64,000 nucleotides of DNA. Source: Candidatus Dojkabacteria bacterium. Lineage in GTDB: Bacteria; Patescibacteriota; Dojkabacteria; GCA-002793355. The DNA lies in assembly GCA_030583685.1 (NCBI GenBank), contig CP129470.1:276345-340344 (forward strand). Reading direction: 5' to 3'. Below, one piece after another: positions 38,287 to 46,819 of the stretch. Numbering within the stretch: position 1 is the first letter of the stretch; every line of letters starts with the position of its first letter. The notes under the pieces were generated by a model that saw nothing but the letters and a program-made list of their open reading frames with translations, was not told where the DNA came from and did no database searches. A program made the position numbers and the translations under genes.

Positions 38287-39044
38287 ATTTTTGAATACGG
38301 AATAAACTCAAATCCTTTGGCGTAAATACTTCCGATAAATTTCTTGTCCAAAAGAATTGCCATATCTCGAGTTCTCTCAAAGTTTAGCGAAGTAATTTCA
38401 AGGAGTTCTTCATCAAGATAACTTGGGTGAAACAGAATTTCGGTTGTTTCTCCATCATTTACCGTGTCTAACTCATCCAAGAACATTTGCTGAATATTAC
38501 TCGCAGAACTTCCTAGGATTCGAGCAAATAGGTGGTCTGGCATACGAACTCCCATTCGCTGTAACATCACCTCTGCTGAATAGTTTTTATCCGTTATTTC
38601 ATCTGACGTTAAGACTGCACGTGGTAATCGCATCGGAATATTATGCTTCAACGCATATTCTCCCAAGTATCGAGTGACGCGCAAATTACCGTGCATATTC
38701 CACTGCGGAGCAATAAACTCAGGCTTTTTTCCTACTAACTTCTCAAACAACGCAATTTCGTCATACACGAGTTTTTTAATTTCATCATCCTTCGCTTGTC
38801 GAAAGAAATTGACATAATCCTCACGTTGTTTCCGGTCTGCTTTAGTAAATGAAAACAATGAGGTGTGCAATCCAACATGGTCAATTGAGTGTTTCTTTAT
38901 ACGTTTTACCGCATCCTCTGTTGCATCAGCCATCACCATCAGTGCTATTCCTTGAATCGTGCCTGCGTTATAGACTTCTAAAATACCGTCATTTACAGAT
39001 TTCGTCAGCCCAAAATCGTCTGCAACAAAGACAAGTGGTTTCAT
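38283..39044 (-). CDS. YdjC/ChbG-family carbohydrate deacetylase (paralog B)
   Basis: LVFVADDFGLTKSVNDGI N-terminus; HTSLFS (HxH-like metal site region); 253 aa; 4-bp overlap with paralog A. Confidence 0.6.
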   Translation of the reverse strand: MKPLVFVADDFGLTKSVNDGILEVYNAGTIQGIALMVMADATEDAVKRIKKHSIDHVGLHTSLFSFTKADRKQREDYVNFFRQAKDDEIKKLVYDEIALFEKLVGKKPEFIAPQWNMHGNLRVTRYLGEYALKHNIPMRLPRAVLTSDEITDKNYSAEVMLQRMGVRMPDHLFARILGSSASNIQQMFLDELDTVNDGETTEILFHPSYLDEELLEITSLNFERTRDMAILLDKKFIGSIYAKGFEFIPYSKI

Positions 39045-39045
39045 A

Positions 39046-40185
39046 TTAACTCGTCAACACATTAATATAATCTCCATCCTCCATCACATATGTTTTCCCA
39101 ACTGTTTGAAGCTTGCCCGCTGCTTTTACTTCAGTAAATCCGCCGAGCTCAAGTATATCTTGTGTTTTCGCAATTTGCGCACGGACAAAACGATCAGCAA
39201 TTGACGTGTGAATACACGCTGCGGCATCAACTGCGGTGTCACCTTTGGTCAGGAACCAACTTCTCGTATCTTTTTCGTTGCCGACATAAAAGGTAATGTA
39301 GTTTAGTTTCTCTTTTGCTCTGTCGATTAATGTTTGCACATCACAAAAATAGGATAATTCTGATTTCATCTCTGCAAGTTCCTCCGCTGAAAAACTTTGA
39401 CTGTCTGCTAAGAAGCGTGAATCAATCATCGCAATATCACCAACTACTCCTTCACCGAAAGAATAGTCTGCAAATTCTTTCACTTCTTGCTTCCACTGCG
39501 CAACTCGCTTGACATAGTCTGGCTCACTCATGTCAATGTATGAAATATTGAGAACTGCCAAGAATGGTTTTGCAGTCAGTAAAAACAAATCACGAATAAT
39601 TTCTTGAATTGGCTCACTCGACTTGTTCGCAGGATCATTTTTAAAGCGGTATGCTGTTTTTCCTTCCAACAATTGAACCCTCAGCGACTCTAATGCAGCA
39701 TGTTGAACTTTAACTTTGTCATCTTTGCCTGAACGCAAATCTTTCCCCATCGCCTGAAGTTTTTTTTCGACTGTCTCGACATCGCGTAAGATCAATTCGG
39801 TTAGAACATCCTCATAATCTTTTTTTGGATCGATACGATCGTAGACATGAGTTACTTGCTTATCAGGAAAGGCACGGAGTAAATACAACACGAGATCGAC
39901 TTCACGAATATGCGAAAGGAACTGATTCCCTAAACCTTCTCCCTTTGAGGCGCCCTTAACCAGACCTGCAATATCGACAAATTGAATTACCGCAGGAAAA
40001 ACCTCATTTGACCCAAAAAGTTTGGCAAGTTTTTGGATTCTTTCATCACGATATTCGACGATTCCTACGTTTTTGTCAATCGTACAGAACGGAAAATTTT
40101 CTGCGGGTACTGCCAGTTTGGTGATAACGTTGAATAAGGTTGATTTCCCGACATTTGGTAACCCTACGATTCCGATTGCTTTCAT
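39046..40185 (-). CDS. ychF: ribosome-binding ATPase YchF (Obg-family GTPase with TGS domain)
   Basis: GIVGLPNVGKSTLFN G1 motif, DIAGLVKGASKGEGLGNQFL, C-terminal TGS-like domain. Confidence 0.9.
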   Translation of the reverse strand: MKAIGIVGLPNVGKSTLFNVITKLAVPAENFPFCTIDKNVGIVEYRDERIQKLAKLFGSNEVFPAVIQFVDIAGLVKGASKGEGLGNQFLSHIREVDLVLYLLRAFPDKQVTHVYDRIDPKKDYEDVLTELILRDVETVEKKLQAMGKDLRSGKDDKVKVQHAALESLRVQLLEGKTAYRFKNDPANKSSEPIQEIIRDLFLLTAKPFLAVLNISYIDMSEPDYVKRVAQWKQEVKEFADYSFGEGVVGDIAMIDSRFLADSQSFSAEELAEMKSELSYFCDVQTLIDRAKEKLNYITFYVGNEKDTRSWFLTKGDTAVDAAACIHTSIADRFVRAQIAKTQDILELGGFTEVKAAGKLQTVGKTYVMEDGDYINVLTS

Positions 40186-40319
40186 AGCGAATTATATCAT
40201 TTTTGCGACTTTTACGCCACAAGGTTTGCTATTTTGCCACTCATAAACAAGAGTTTTACAAGGAATGAACAGTACTCGAACGATCACCTTGTGTTAATTC
40301 GCGTTACCGCGTCAGGTTA

Positions 40320-41267
40320 CTAGCTAATCCATTCGTATGCTCGGCGTACTTTGTCTTCCATATCCTCAGGCTTAACCAATCCAAATTCGGTAATATAACC
40401 GGTGATAAATTGATGTGGCACCACATCAAATGCTGGATTAATGATTTCGAGCCCCTCTGGCGCTTCAGGCCAAATTTCTTCGTCTTTTCTCAACTCGATT
40501 TTGATTGGATTGTAAATTGTTGCCAAATCTAGCTTTAAACTAGGTGTGACAATATACAACGGTTTGCTCGCAAAATAGGCAGACAACCCCATGCTAAAAC
40601 TACCAATTTTATTCATTGCATCTCCGTTGATAGATACTTGATCGGCCCCAAGAAACACAACATTTACCGGCAGAAAACTTTCATCCGCAATAAAATATGA
40701 CGCGGCAGAATCGACAATCATAATTGTTTCAACTCCTTCTTTTATAAGATTTTTTGACGTAATACGACCTTGATACAACGGTCTTGTTTCGGTGTTTATT
40801 GCTTTGATTTTGTGATCCTTATTGATACCAGAAATAATTGCCTCAGCAGTACTCGAATGACAATGGGTAAAAACTACATTTGCAAATTTACACAATTGAA
40901 CCCCATGTTTGACAATTTCCTTCTTTGAATCCTCAAGTAATTTTACATAGGAATCTGCAAGTGTCACCACCGCTTTCGCTGCAGAGGGAACTTCCTTAAC
41001 ACCGGGATACTGTAGTGCAAGTTGATTTTGAATATAGCGAACACCATTTTTTGCAAGAGGTTCGTTTGGTCGAGCATTTGCTAATAAATTCAAATAATAG
41101 CCCAATTTGTCGCGAAATTGATCCATGTCTGTAATGTCCGTTTCTCTTGCCCATTCGCCAATCGTAATAAATGTAGAAAGAGCAACGTTTGTTGCACCCT
41201 GAATTTTTATTGATGCAATATCATCAATTGTTTTTTGGATTACTTCTGGAACAGTATTTTCGGACAT
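40320..41267 (-). CDS. eIF-2B alpha/beta/delta-family isomerase, probably ribose-1,5-bisphosphate isomerase (or MtnA-like)
   Basis: 315 aa; IQGATNVA, TETRPLYQGR, VFLGADQVSINGDAMNKIGSF, NPAFDVVPHQFITGYITEFG match family signatures; size fits R15P isomerase. Confidence 0.6.
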   Translation of the reverse strand: MSENTVPEVIQKTIDDIASIKIQGATNVALSTFITIGEWARETDITDMDQFRDKLGYYLNLLANARPNEPLAKNGVRYIQNQLALQYPGVKEVPSAAKAVVTLADSYVKLLEDSKKEIVKHGVQLCKFANVVFTHCHSSTAEAIISGINKDHKIKAINTETRPLYQGRITSKNLIKEGVETIMIVDSAASYFIADESFLPVNVVFLGADQVSINGDAMNKIGSFSMGLSAYFASKPLYIVTPSLKLDLATIYNPIKIELRKDEEIWPEAPEGLEIINPAFDVVPHQFITGYITEFGLVKPEDMEDKVRRAYEWIS

Positions 41268-41389
41268 GGGCAGTGTATCTAGCTTAGTTCTGTCATTCAG
41301 ACAATACTGACATTATACAGGAGAAATTGACTCAGAAAAGACTCCCGCAAGGATTAGTCAAGAAATCTAGAAAATGGTAAAATCCGGAG

Positions 41390-42451
41390 ATGTATACTGT
41401 TGCAGAGGTTGATAATCGAGAATTGTGGGATACCCTTGCAGGAACGGTGCTTTTACAATCTTGGAACTGGGGAGAGTTTCAACAAAAAATTGGCCATAAG
41501 GTCTGGCGATTAGGCGTATTTGATCGTGGCGTTTTTATTGGAGGAGCTTCGGTCATCTTGGTGCAATCACGACTTCGTTCACATCTCTATATGTCAAACG
41601 GACCCTTCATAATCGACAAACGTCCCGATTTAACGATTCCTGCCATACTTGATTTACTCCTTCCTGTCGTTAAACAATTAGTTACTCCCCCACTCGCAGC
41701 ACATTTTATTCGTATTGACCCGCTTATAGAATCTTCCGAGCCTGCACATGAAGAATTGCTTTTGGCTGGCTTCAAGAAAGCTCCAACACACGTTCAACCA
41801 GAAAGAACCATCCTCATTGATCTCACGAAATCTTCTGAAGAAATCCTCCTTGGGATGAGTCCTTCACAGCGCAATGGAGTAAAACGAGGAATCAAGGATG
41901 GTGTCACTGTTCGCTACTCAACCACCCGAGAAGATTTTGAATTGTTTTGGAGTCTTTATCAAAATACCGTTTCAATGAAGCATTTTGTCACCTATTCGAA
42001 AAACTATTACTGGACACAGTTTCAAACACTCGCGGAAAATGGGAATTACGAGGTTTGTATTGCCTCCGTGAACGGCCACCCACAAACAGTGTCTCTCGTC
42101 GGATACGATACTGAAACCGCATACTATCTTCACACCGGACGAGCATATTCACATGACCCCTTAACGAAACATGCGTCAAAAGTACAGGTATGGGATCTGC
42201 TGCAACATGCAAAACAACGAGGCATGAAATCTTTCAACCTCTTTGGTATTTCGAAAAAGGATAACGATTTTGCGGACCCGTGGGCTGGATTAACCGAATT
42301 CAAAAAAGGCTTTGGGGGCACTGCAGTCAGTTACGTTGGTGCCTATGACTATCCGCTCAGCTTGTGGTATTGGTTCATTTGGATTCTCGAACGAACAAGA
42401 AAACTGTGGGGATATCCTTATTTTCTTGCCAAAAAATTCCTCAAACTGTAG
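41390..42451 (+). CDS. FemAB-family peptidoglycan interpeptide-bridge aminoacyltransferase-like protein
   Basis: 353 aa; pattern QSWNWGEFQQ...RIDPLIESSE...LIDLTKSSEEILLGMSPSQRNGVKRGIKDGVTV parallels FemX/FemA conserved blocks. Confidence 0.6.
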   Translation: MYTVAEVDNRELWDTLAGTVLLQSWNWGEFQQKIGHKVWRLGVFDRGVFIGGASVILVQSRLRSHLYMSNGPFIIDKRPDLTIPAILDLLLPVVKQLVTPPLAAHFIRIDPLIESSEPAHEELLLAGFKKAPTHVQPERTILIDLTKSSEEILLGMSPSQRNGVKRGIKDGVTVRYSTTREDFELFWSLYQNTVSMKHFVTYSKNYYWTQFQTLAENGNYEVCIASVNGHPQTVSLVGYDTETAYYLHTGRAYSHDPLTKHASKVQVWDLLQHAKQRGMKSFNLFGISKKDNDFADPWAGLTEFKKGFGGTAVSYVGAYDYPLSLWYWFIWILERTRKLWGYPYFLAKKFLKL

Positions 42452-42482
42452 ATCGTTTCATGTGAATTTTTCCTGTTTCGAT

Positions 42483-43784
42483 TTAGCGACACGATTTAGG
42501 ATCTGAGAGAAAGGGTGCTGGGTTAACTGCTCTTCCATTGTATGCCAAGCGAAAATGCAAGTGTGTTCCCGTTGACCACCCGGTGCTTCCCATATACCCA
42601 ATCAACTGACCCTGCTTCACCACATCTCCGATGCCGAGTCCTGCTGCAATTCCTTTACCAGAACCACCATTCAAGTGACCGTAAAGCGTCGAAAAGCCAT
42701 TACCGTGATCAATTTCCACGCGCCAGGCGAAGCCACACGCCGGACCATCACATTTATACCCTGCAGAGGTTACGCGTCCATCTGCTGCGGCAACAATCGG
42801 AGGATTACCTCCTCGTGAAGGATAAATATCAATTCCATCGTGATACCGTAACCAACAACGAGAAACGTTGCTGCTTGAAGGAACTGGCCATAACAAGAAA
42901 CGGCCAACACCAGGTGGCGGAGTGAATGTGCCACCTCCTGTACCATAAATCAACTGCGCACGTGAATTAGGACGTGTTGCAGTACGAACCGTCGGAATCA
43001 CAGGCGCGGTGTTAATCAAAAATATGGTTTGTCCTGCCTTCACCTCATATGGTGGAAGAATATAGTTGGTTTCAACCAATGTACCTTTATCAATATTAAA
43101 CCTTTTTGATAAGGAATCAATGGTTTCACCTGCTTGAATCGTATAGATACTTCCAGAAATCGGAGGAATTTTTATTCGATCACCTGGTTTGAGTTTGTGG
43201 TTCGCTGCGAAGTTATTTGTCCATCGGATACTGTCCACAGACACTTCAAAATCTGCTGCAATATTTTCTAGGACAGAGCCACTTCCAAGCGTATCATCAT
43301 AGGTAACAACATATTCAATAATATCGAGTCGTTTTCGTTCTTGAGGCATGTTAGTGGTTAATGAACCAGCTTCAATGACGGTATCCGCTGCCGACGCATA
43401 TATGACAACTTGTGTGTCAGCTGAATCATACTGCTCAAGAATTCTATTCTGAATTCCCTGACCAACTAAGGTTGAAAAAACTACCGCTATTACAATAAAA
43501 AAAAGTACTGCTTGAAAAAATAACGCGAATACGTTTCCTCTCCCCCAGTAAAACAGCTGTAATGTATCAATTCTAACCGCAATCAGCGATTTTTCGAAAG
43601 CCACAATGCGTCCAAGCACGTACGAAATACCACTCAGCAGTTTGACTAAAAACCACCCAAGAAATTGAGACAAAAATAATCCAAACGACAGCCCAGAATT
43701 GGCTGTATTCGAAAAAAAACGACTTCTTTTCTTGACTTGGAGAACAGATCGAAGATCGGTTCCCACGAGTTGTTCTTCTCCCAA
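42483..43784 (-). CDS. membrane-anchored LysM-domain M23 family metallopeptidase (lysostaphin-type endopeptidase)
   Basis: N-terminal TM helices, 2 LysM-like repeats (YTIQAGETIDSLSKRFNIDKGTLVETN), M23 motifs HDGIDI and GSTGWSTGTHLHFRL. Confidence 0.85.
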   Translation of the reverse strand: MGEEQLVGTDLRSVLQVKKRSRFFSNTANSGLSFGLFLSQFLGWFLVKLLSGISYVLGRIVAFEKSLIAVRIDTLQLFYWGRGNVFALFFQAVLFFIVIAVVFSTLVGQGIQNRILEQYDSADTQVVIYASAADTVIEAGSLTTNMPQERKRLDIIEYVVTYDDTLGSGSVLENIAADFEVSVDSIRWTNNFAANHKLKPGDRIKIPPISGSIYTIQAGETIDSLSKRFNIDKGTLVETNYILPPYEVKAGQTIFLINTAPVIPTVRTATRPNSRAQLIYGTGGGTFTPPPGVGRFLLWPVPSSSNVSRCWLRYHDGIDIYPSRGGNPPIVAAADGRVTSAGYKCDGPACGFAWRVEIDHGNGFSTLYGHLNGGSGKGIAAGLGIGDVVKQGQLIGYMGSTGWSTGTHLHFRLAYNGRAVNPAPFLSDPKSCR

Positions 43785-43865
43785 CGTTTATTCTACAAAG
43801 TTATCGTCCACACGGCTCTAACACAATCGGACATGCTGTATTATACCGTATTCAGGAAAGTATGA

Positions 43866-45278
43866 CTAATCAAGAACGTATTCTTGTAGTGGTTCGGGTA
43901 TTACTGAATTCAGTTGTAAATCGTCGCGGATAAGCTGAGCAAGCACCGTTCGATTTGTTTGGTCGCCATGTGTTACAAATACCTCGCGTGGTGCTTTTCC
44001 GAAACTGCGCAACCAGTAGAGCAAATCATGTTGATCGGCGTGTGCAGAAAAACCGTTAAGGGTGTGCATTTGGGCTCGCACGGGGACTTCTACTCCATGA
44101 ATTCTCACCATGGTTGCCCCATCAATGAGTCGTCTCCCTAACGTTCCTGGTACCTGAAAACCGACAAAAACAATATGTGCATCTTTATGTGGCAATGTAT
44201 TGATTAAATGGTGCAAAACTCGACCTCCTGTACACATACCGCTCCCTGCCATAATCACTGCTCCTCGTTCTCCTGCAATACGTCGAGAGTCGTGAGGGCT
44301 TTGAATATACTCCAAACCTCGAAACGCAAATGGATCATCACCACCGTGCAGTAACGCCATTGCATCTTCATCATAGTACGATTTGAATTGTCTAAAAATT
44401 TCTGTCGCTTTGATTGCTAACGGGCTATCAACGTAATACTTTAACCCTTTCAATAAGCCTTTTTCGACAAAGAGGTTCAATTCATACAGAAGTTCTTGAG
44501 CACGTTCAACAGCGAAAGTTGGAATAATGACACGAGACTTTTCTTTTGAGGCTTCTTGTAAAATTGCAAGAAACTCAAGCAAGGTAGAGTTTTTATCTCG
44601 ATGATTTCGACCACCGTACGTACTTTCCACCACAACATAGTCTGCTTCACGAATAAAATCAGGATCTTTAATAATTCTTGCACCAGTTTGCCCAAGATCT
44701 CCAGACATCACCAGCTTTCTTTCACGACCTTGAGAATTCATAAACCATATCTCAAAACTCACAGACCCGAGAATATGTCCTGCCTCCCGCATTCGAAAAG
44801 ACATGTCTGGGGTTAATTTTACTTGCTGACCAATCGGATACGTCTCAAATAACTCCATAACATCAGGGATGTCTTCTCGAGTATACAACGCATTGGGATT
44901 TGTATATCCACCCTCTTCTCGACTTTTATAATTTCTATTGCCACCTCCGTAATAATTGTCTTCTTCTTGAATTTTCGCAGCGTCCATAAGAATAATTTCT
45001 GCAATACTCTTTGTTGCGTCAGTGCTGATTATTTTACCCTTAAAACCGTTCTTCACAAGCTTTGGTAATAATCCAACATGGTCAAGATGTGCATGCGTTA
45101 GTAAAACAAAATCAAGCTCAGCAGGATTATACGGAAAAGGATCACTGTTCAACCGTTCAACATCTGGCTCTCCTTGAAACATTCCGCAGTCAACAAGAAT
45201 CTTACTTTTTTCAAACTCTAGAAGATATGAAGACCCTGTGACAATTCCCCCAACTGCGCCGATGAATTTTATTTTCAT
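43866..45278 (-). CDS. beta-CASP family metallo-beta-lactamase-fold RNA-metabolising hydrolase (RNase J/CPSF-like)
   Basis: HAHLDH MBL motif near the N-terminus, beta-CASP region, C-terminal His motifs; start taken at MKIKFIG (45278) to avoid 50-bp overlap with the AMP phosphorylase gene. Confidence 0.65.
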   Translation of the reverse strand: MKIKFIGAVGGIVTGSSYLLEFEKSKILVDCGMFQGEPDVERLNSDPFPYNPAELDFVLLTHAHLDHVGLLPKLVKNGFKGKIISTDATKSIAEIILMDAAKIQEEDNYYGGGNRNYKSREEGGYTNPNALYTREDIPDVMELFETYPIGQQVKLTPDMSFRMREAGHILGSVSFEIWFMNSQGRERKLVMSGDLGQTGARIIKDPDFIREADYVVVESTYGGRNHRDKNSTLLEFLAILQEASKEKSRVIIPTFAVERAQELLYELNLFVEKGLLKGLKYYVDSPLAIKATEIFRQFKSYYDEDAMALLHGGDDPFAFRGLEYIQSPHDSRRIAGERGAVIMAGSGMCTGGRVLHHLINTLPHKDAHIVFVGFQVPGTLGRRLIDGATMVRIHGVEVPVRAQMHTLNGFSAHADQHDLLYWLRSFGKAPREVFVTHGDQTNRTVLAQLIRDDLQLNSVIPEPLQEYVLD

Positions 45279-45297
45279 ATGTGACTCACCAGATAAT

Positions 45298-46800
45298 TTA
45301 TACAATAATCCATCCATCCTGATGTCCGTCGAGATTCTTAACCGCAAGGTCGACTCTACTCTGTGCTTCTGCGTATAGAGTTGCGACTACATCACCTTCG
45401 GCAATTCGGTCTCCAACTTGACAGTGTAGATAGATGCCTGCTCCTTTTGCGTACGGCGCTCCAAGAGCACGAGTTGTTTGCACAATCATATGATTGTCAA
45501 AGTTTTTCACGATACCCGACTTTGACGCCTTTATATCGTAGGTAAACTGCCCTGGCTCAAGCTCATGAGCACTCACAATCGTCAGTGCCCCTTGTGATTT
45601 TGCAATTTTCCAAAACTGCTTGAGGGCAGTTCCTGATTCAAGCGTTTCACGCAATACCTCGTGCGCACTTTGATAGGTATATTTACCTGTTAAGGCCATT
45701 AACTGTGCTGCCATATCGAGTGCGAGGTTTTCCATCATCACCGGCCTTCGCTTATCTCGCTCTAATATCCAAAGCACATCACGCATCTCTAGTTTTGGAC
45801 CGATACCGAAACCATCTGGACCTTTTGCTTGTCTTTTATACACATGAACTTTAATTCCGAATTTCTCGAATAAATCTTCAAACGCTTTGCTTACTTTAGG
45901 AACGTCAGACTCCGGAACTTTTGCGGTTTCGCCATACGGTAAGTCCAACAACACATACTCACAGCCCGCTGCAATCTTTTTTGCAATAATACTTACCACA
46001 AATTTGTCATACGATTCGATGTGAAGCGGCTTTTCAATCTGAATAAGAATGTCATCTGCAGGTGCGAGATCAAGTCCCCCACCCCAGACAAGACAACCAT
46101 TCGTCTCAGCAACAACGCGCTTAATTCCTTTTTCGTCCAAGGAAACAGGCATTACCGTTTCGAGAATATCTGTTGTACCTGCCGGAGCAGTAATTGCTCG
46201 TGTACTTGTGTTAGGGATTACAAAATCTAACGCAGAAAGGACAGAAACTAATACGGGTGTGACACCTTTTGACGGTAACCCGCCAATTGAATGTTTGTCA
46301 ACGACTGGCTTTCCAAGCTCCGAAAAATCCATAATGATTCCTGTATCTGCCATTGCCTTGGTGAGGTGATACATTTCCTCATCATCAAACCCAGGGTTAT
46401 ACGACGTTGACGCAAAATAGGTCATTTCTATTGGAGACAACCGCCTTTTTGCGATATCATACATGATCTCTCGGATTTCTTCATAATCCAATTTGTTACC
46501 CTTAATTTTCTTGCGAATTGACTTTACGGATTTGGCTTGCCCTTGAATCTCCATCGCGACTCTGTCCATTTCTGAAACGGGAAACGTATTCCATAAGGCT
46601 GCAGGTAGTCCAACATGTCCATCATCAACTATAGTATCCGTAATGATTGCAATGGCTCCTGTTTCATGACCGACAAAGTACAGGTCAAGCAAATCTCCGT
46701 CTTTTACTCCGTATTGATCTGCCGTGAATCGATTTAAATAGACTTCAAGAGACGCATTATTTCCAAGAATATCAAGTTTTTTGGGGCGTAGATAAATCAT
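45298..46800 (-). CDS. AMP phosphorylase-like protein (thymidine phosphorylase/DeoA superfamily with N-terminal extension)
   Basis: 500 aa; KHSIGGLPSKGVTPVLVSVLSALDFVIPNTSTRAITAPAGTTD glycosyl-transferase family-3 core plus about 90-aa N-terminal domain as in archaeal AMPpase. Confidence 0.6.
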   Translation of the reverse strand: MIYLRPKKLDILGNNASLEVYLNRFTADQYGVKDGDLLDLYFVGHETGAIAIITDTIVDDGHVGLPAALWNTFPVSEMDRVAMEIQGQAKSVKSIRKKIKGNKLDYEEIREIMYDIAKRRLSPIEMTYFASTSYNPGFDDEEMYHLTKAMADTGIIMDFSELGKPVVDKHSIGGLPSKGVTPVLVSVLSALDFVIPNTSTRAITAPAGTTDILETVMPVSLDEKGIKRVVAETNGCLVWGGGLDLAPADDILIQIEKPLHIESYDKFVVSIIAKKIAAGCEYVLLDLPYGETAKVPESDVPKVSKAFEDLFEKFGIKVHVYKRQAKGPDGFGIGPKLEMRDVLWILERDKRRPVMMENLALDMAAQLMALTGKYTYQSAHEVLRETLESGTALKQFWKIAKSQGALTIVSAHELEPGQFTYDIKASKSGIVKNFDNHMIVQTTRALGAPYAKGAGIYLHCQVGDRIAEGDVVATLYAEAQSRVDLAVKNLDGHQDGWIIV

Positions 46801-46819
46801 GTGTCAGTATAGCAGGAGT

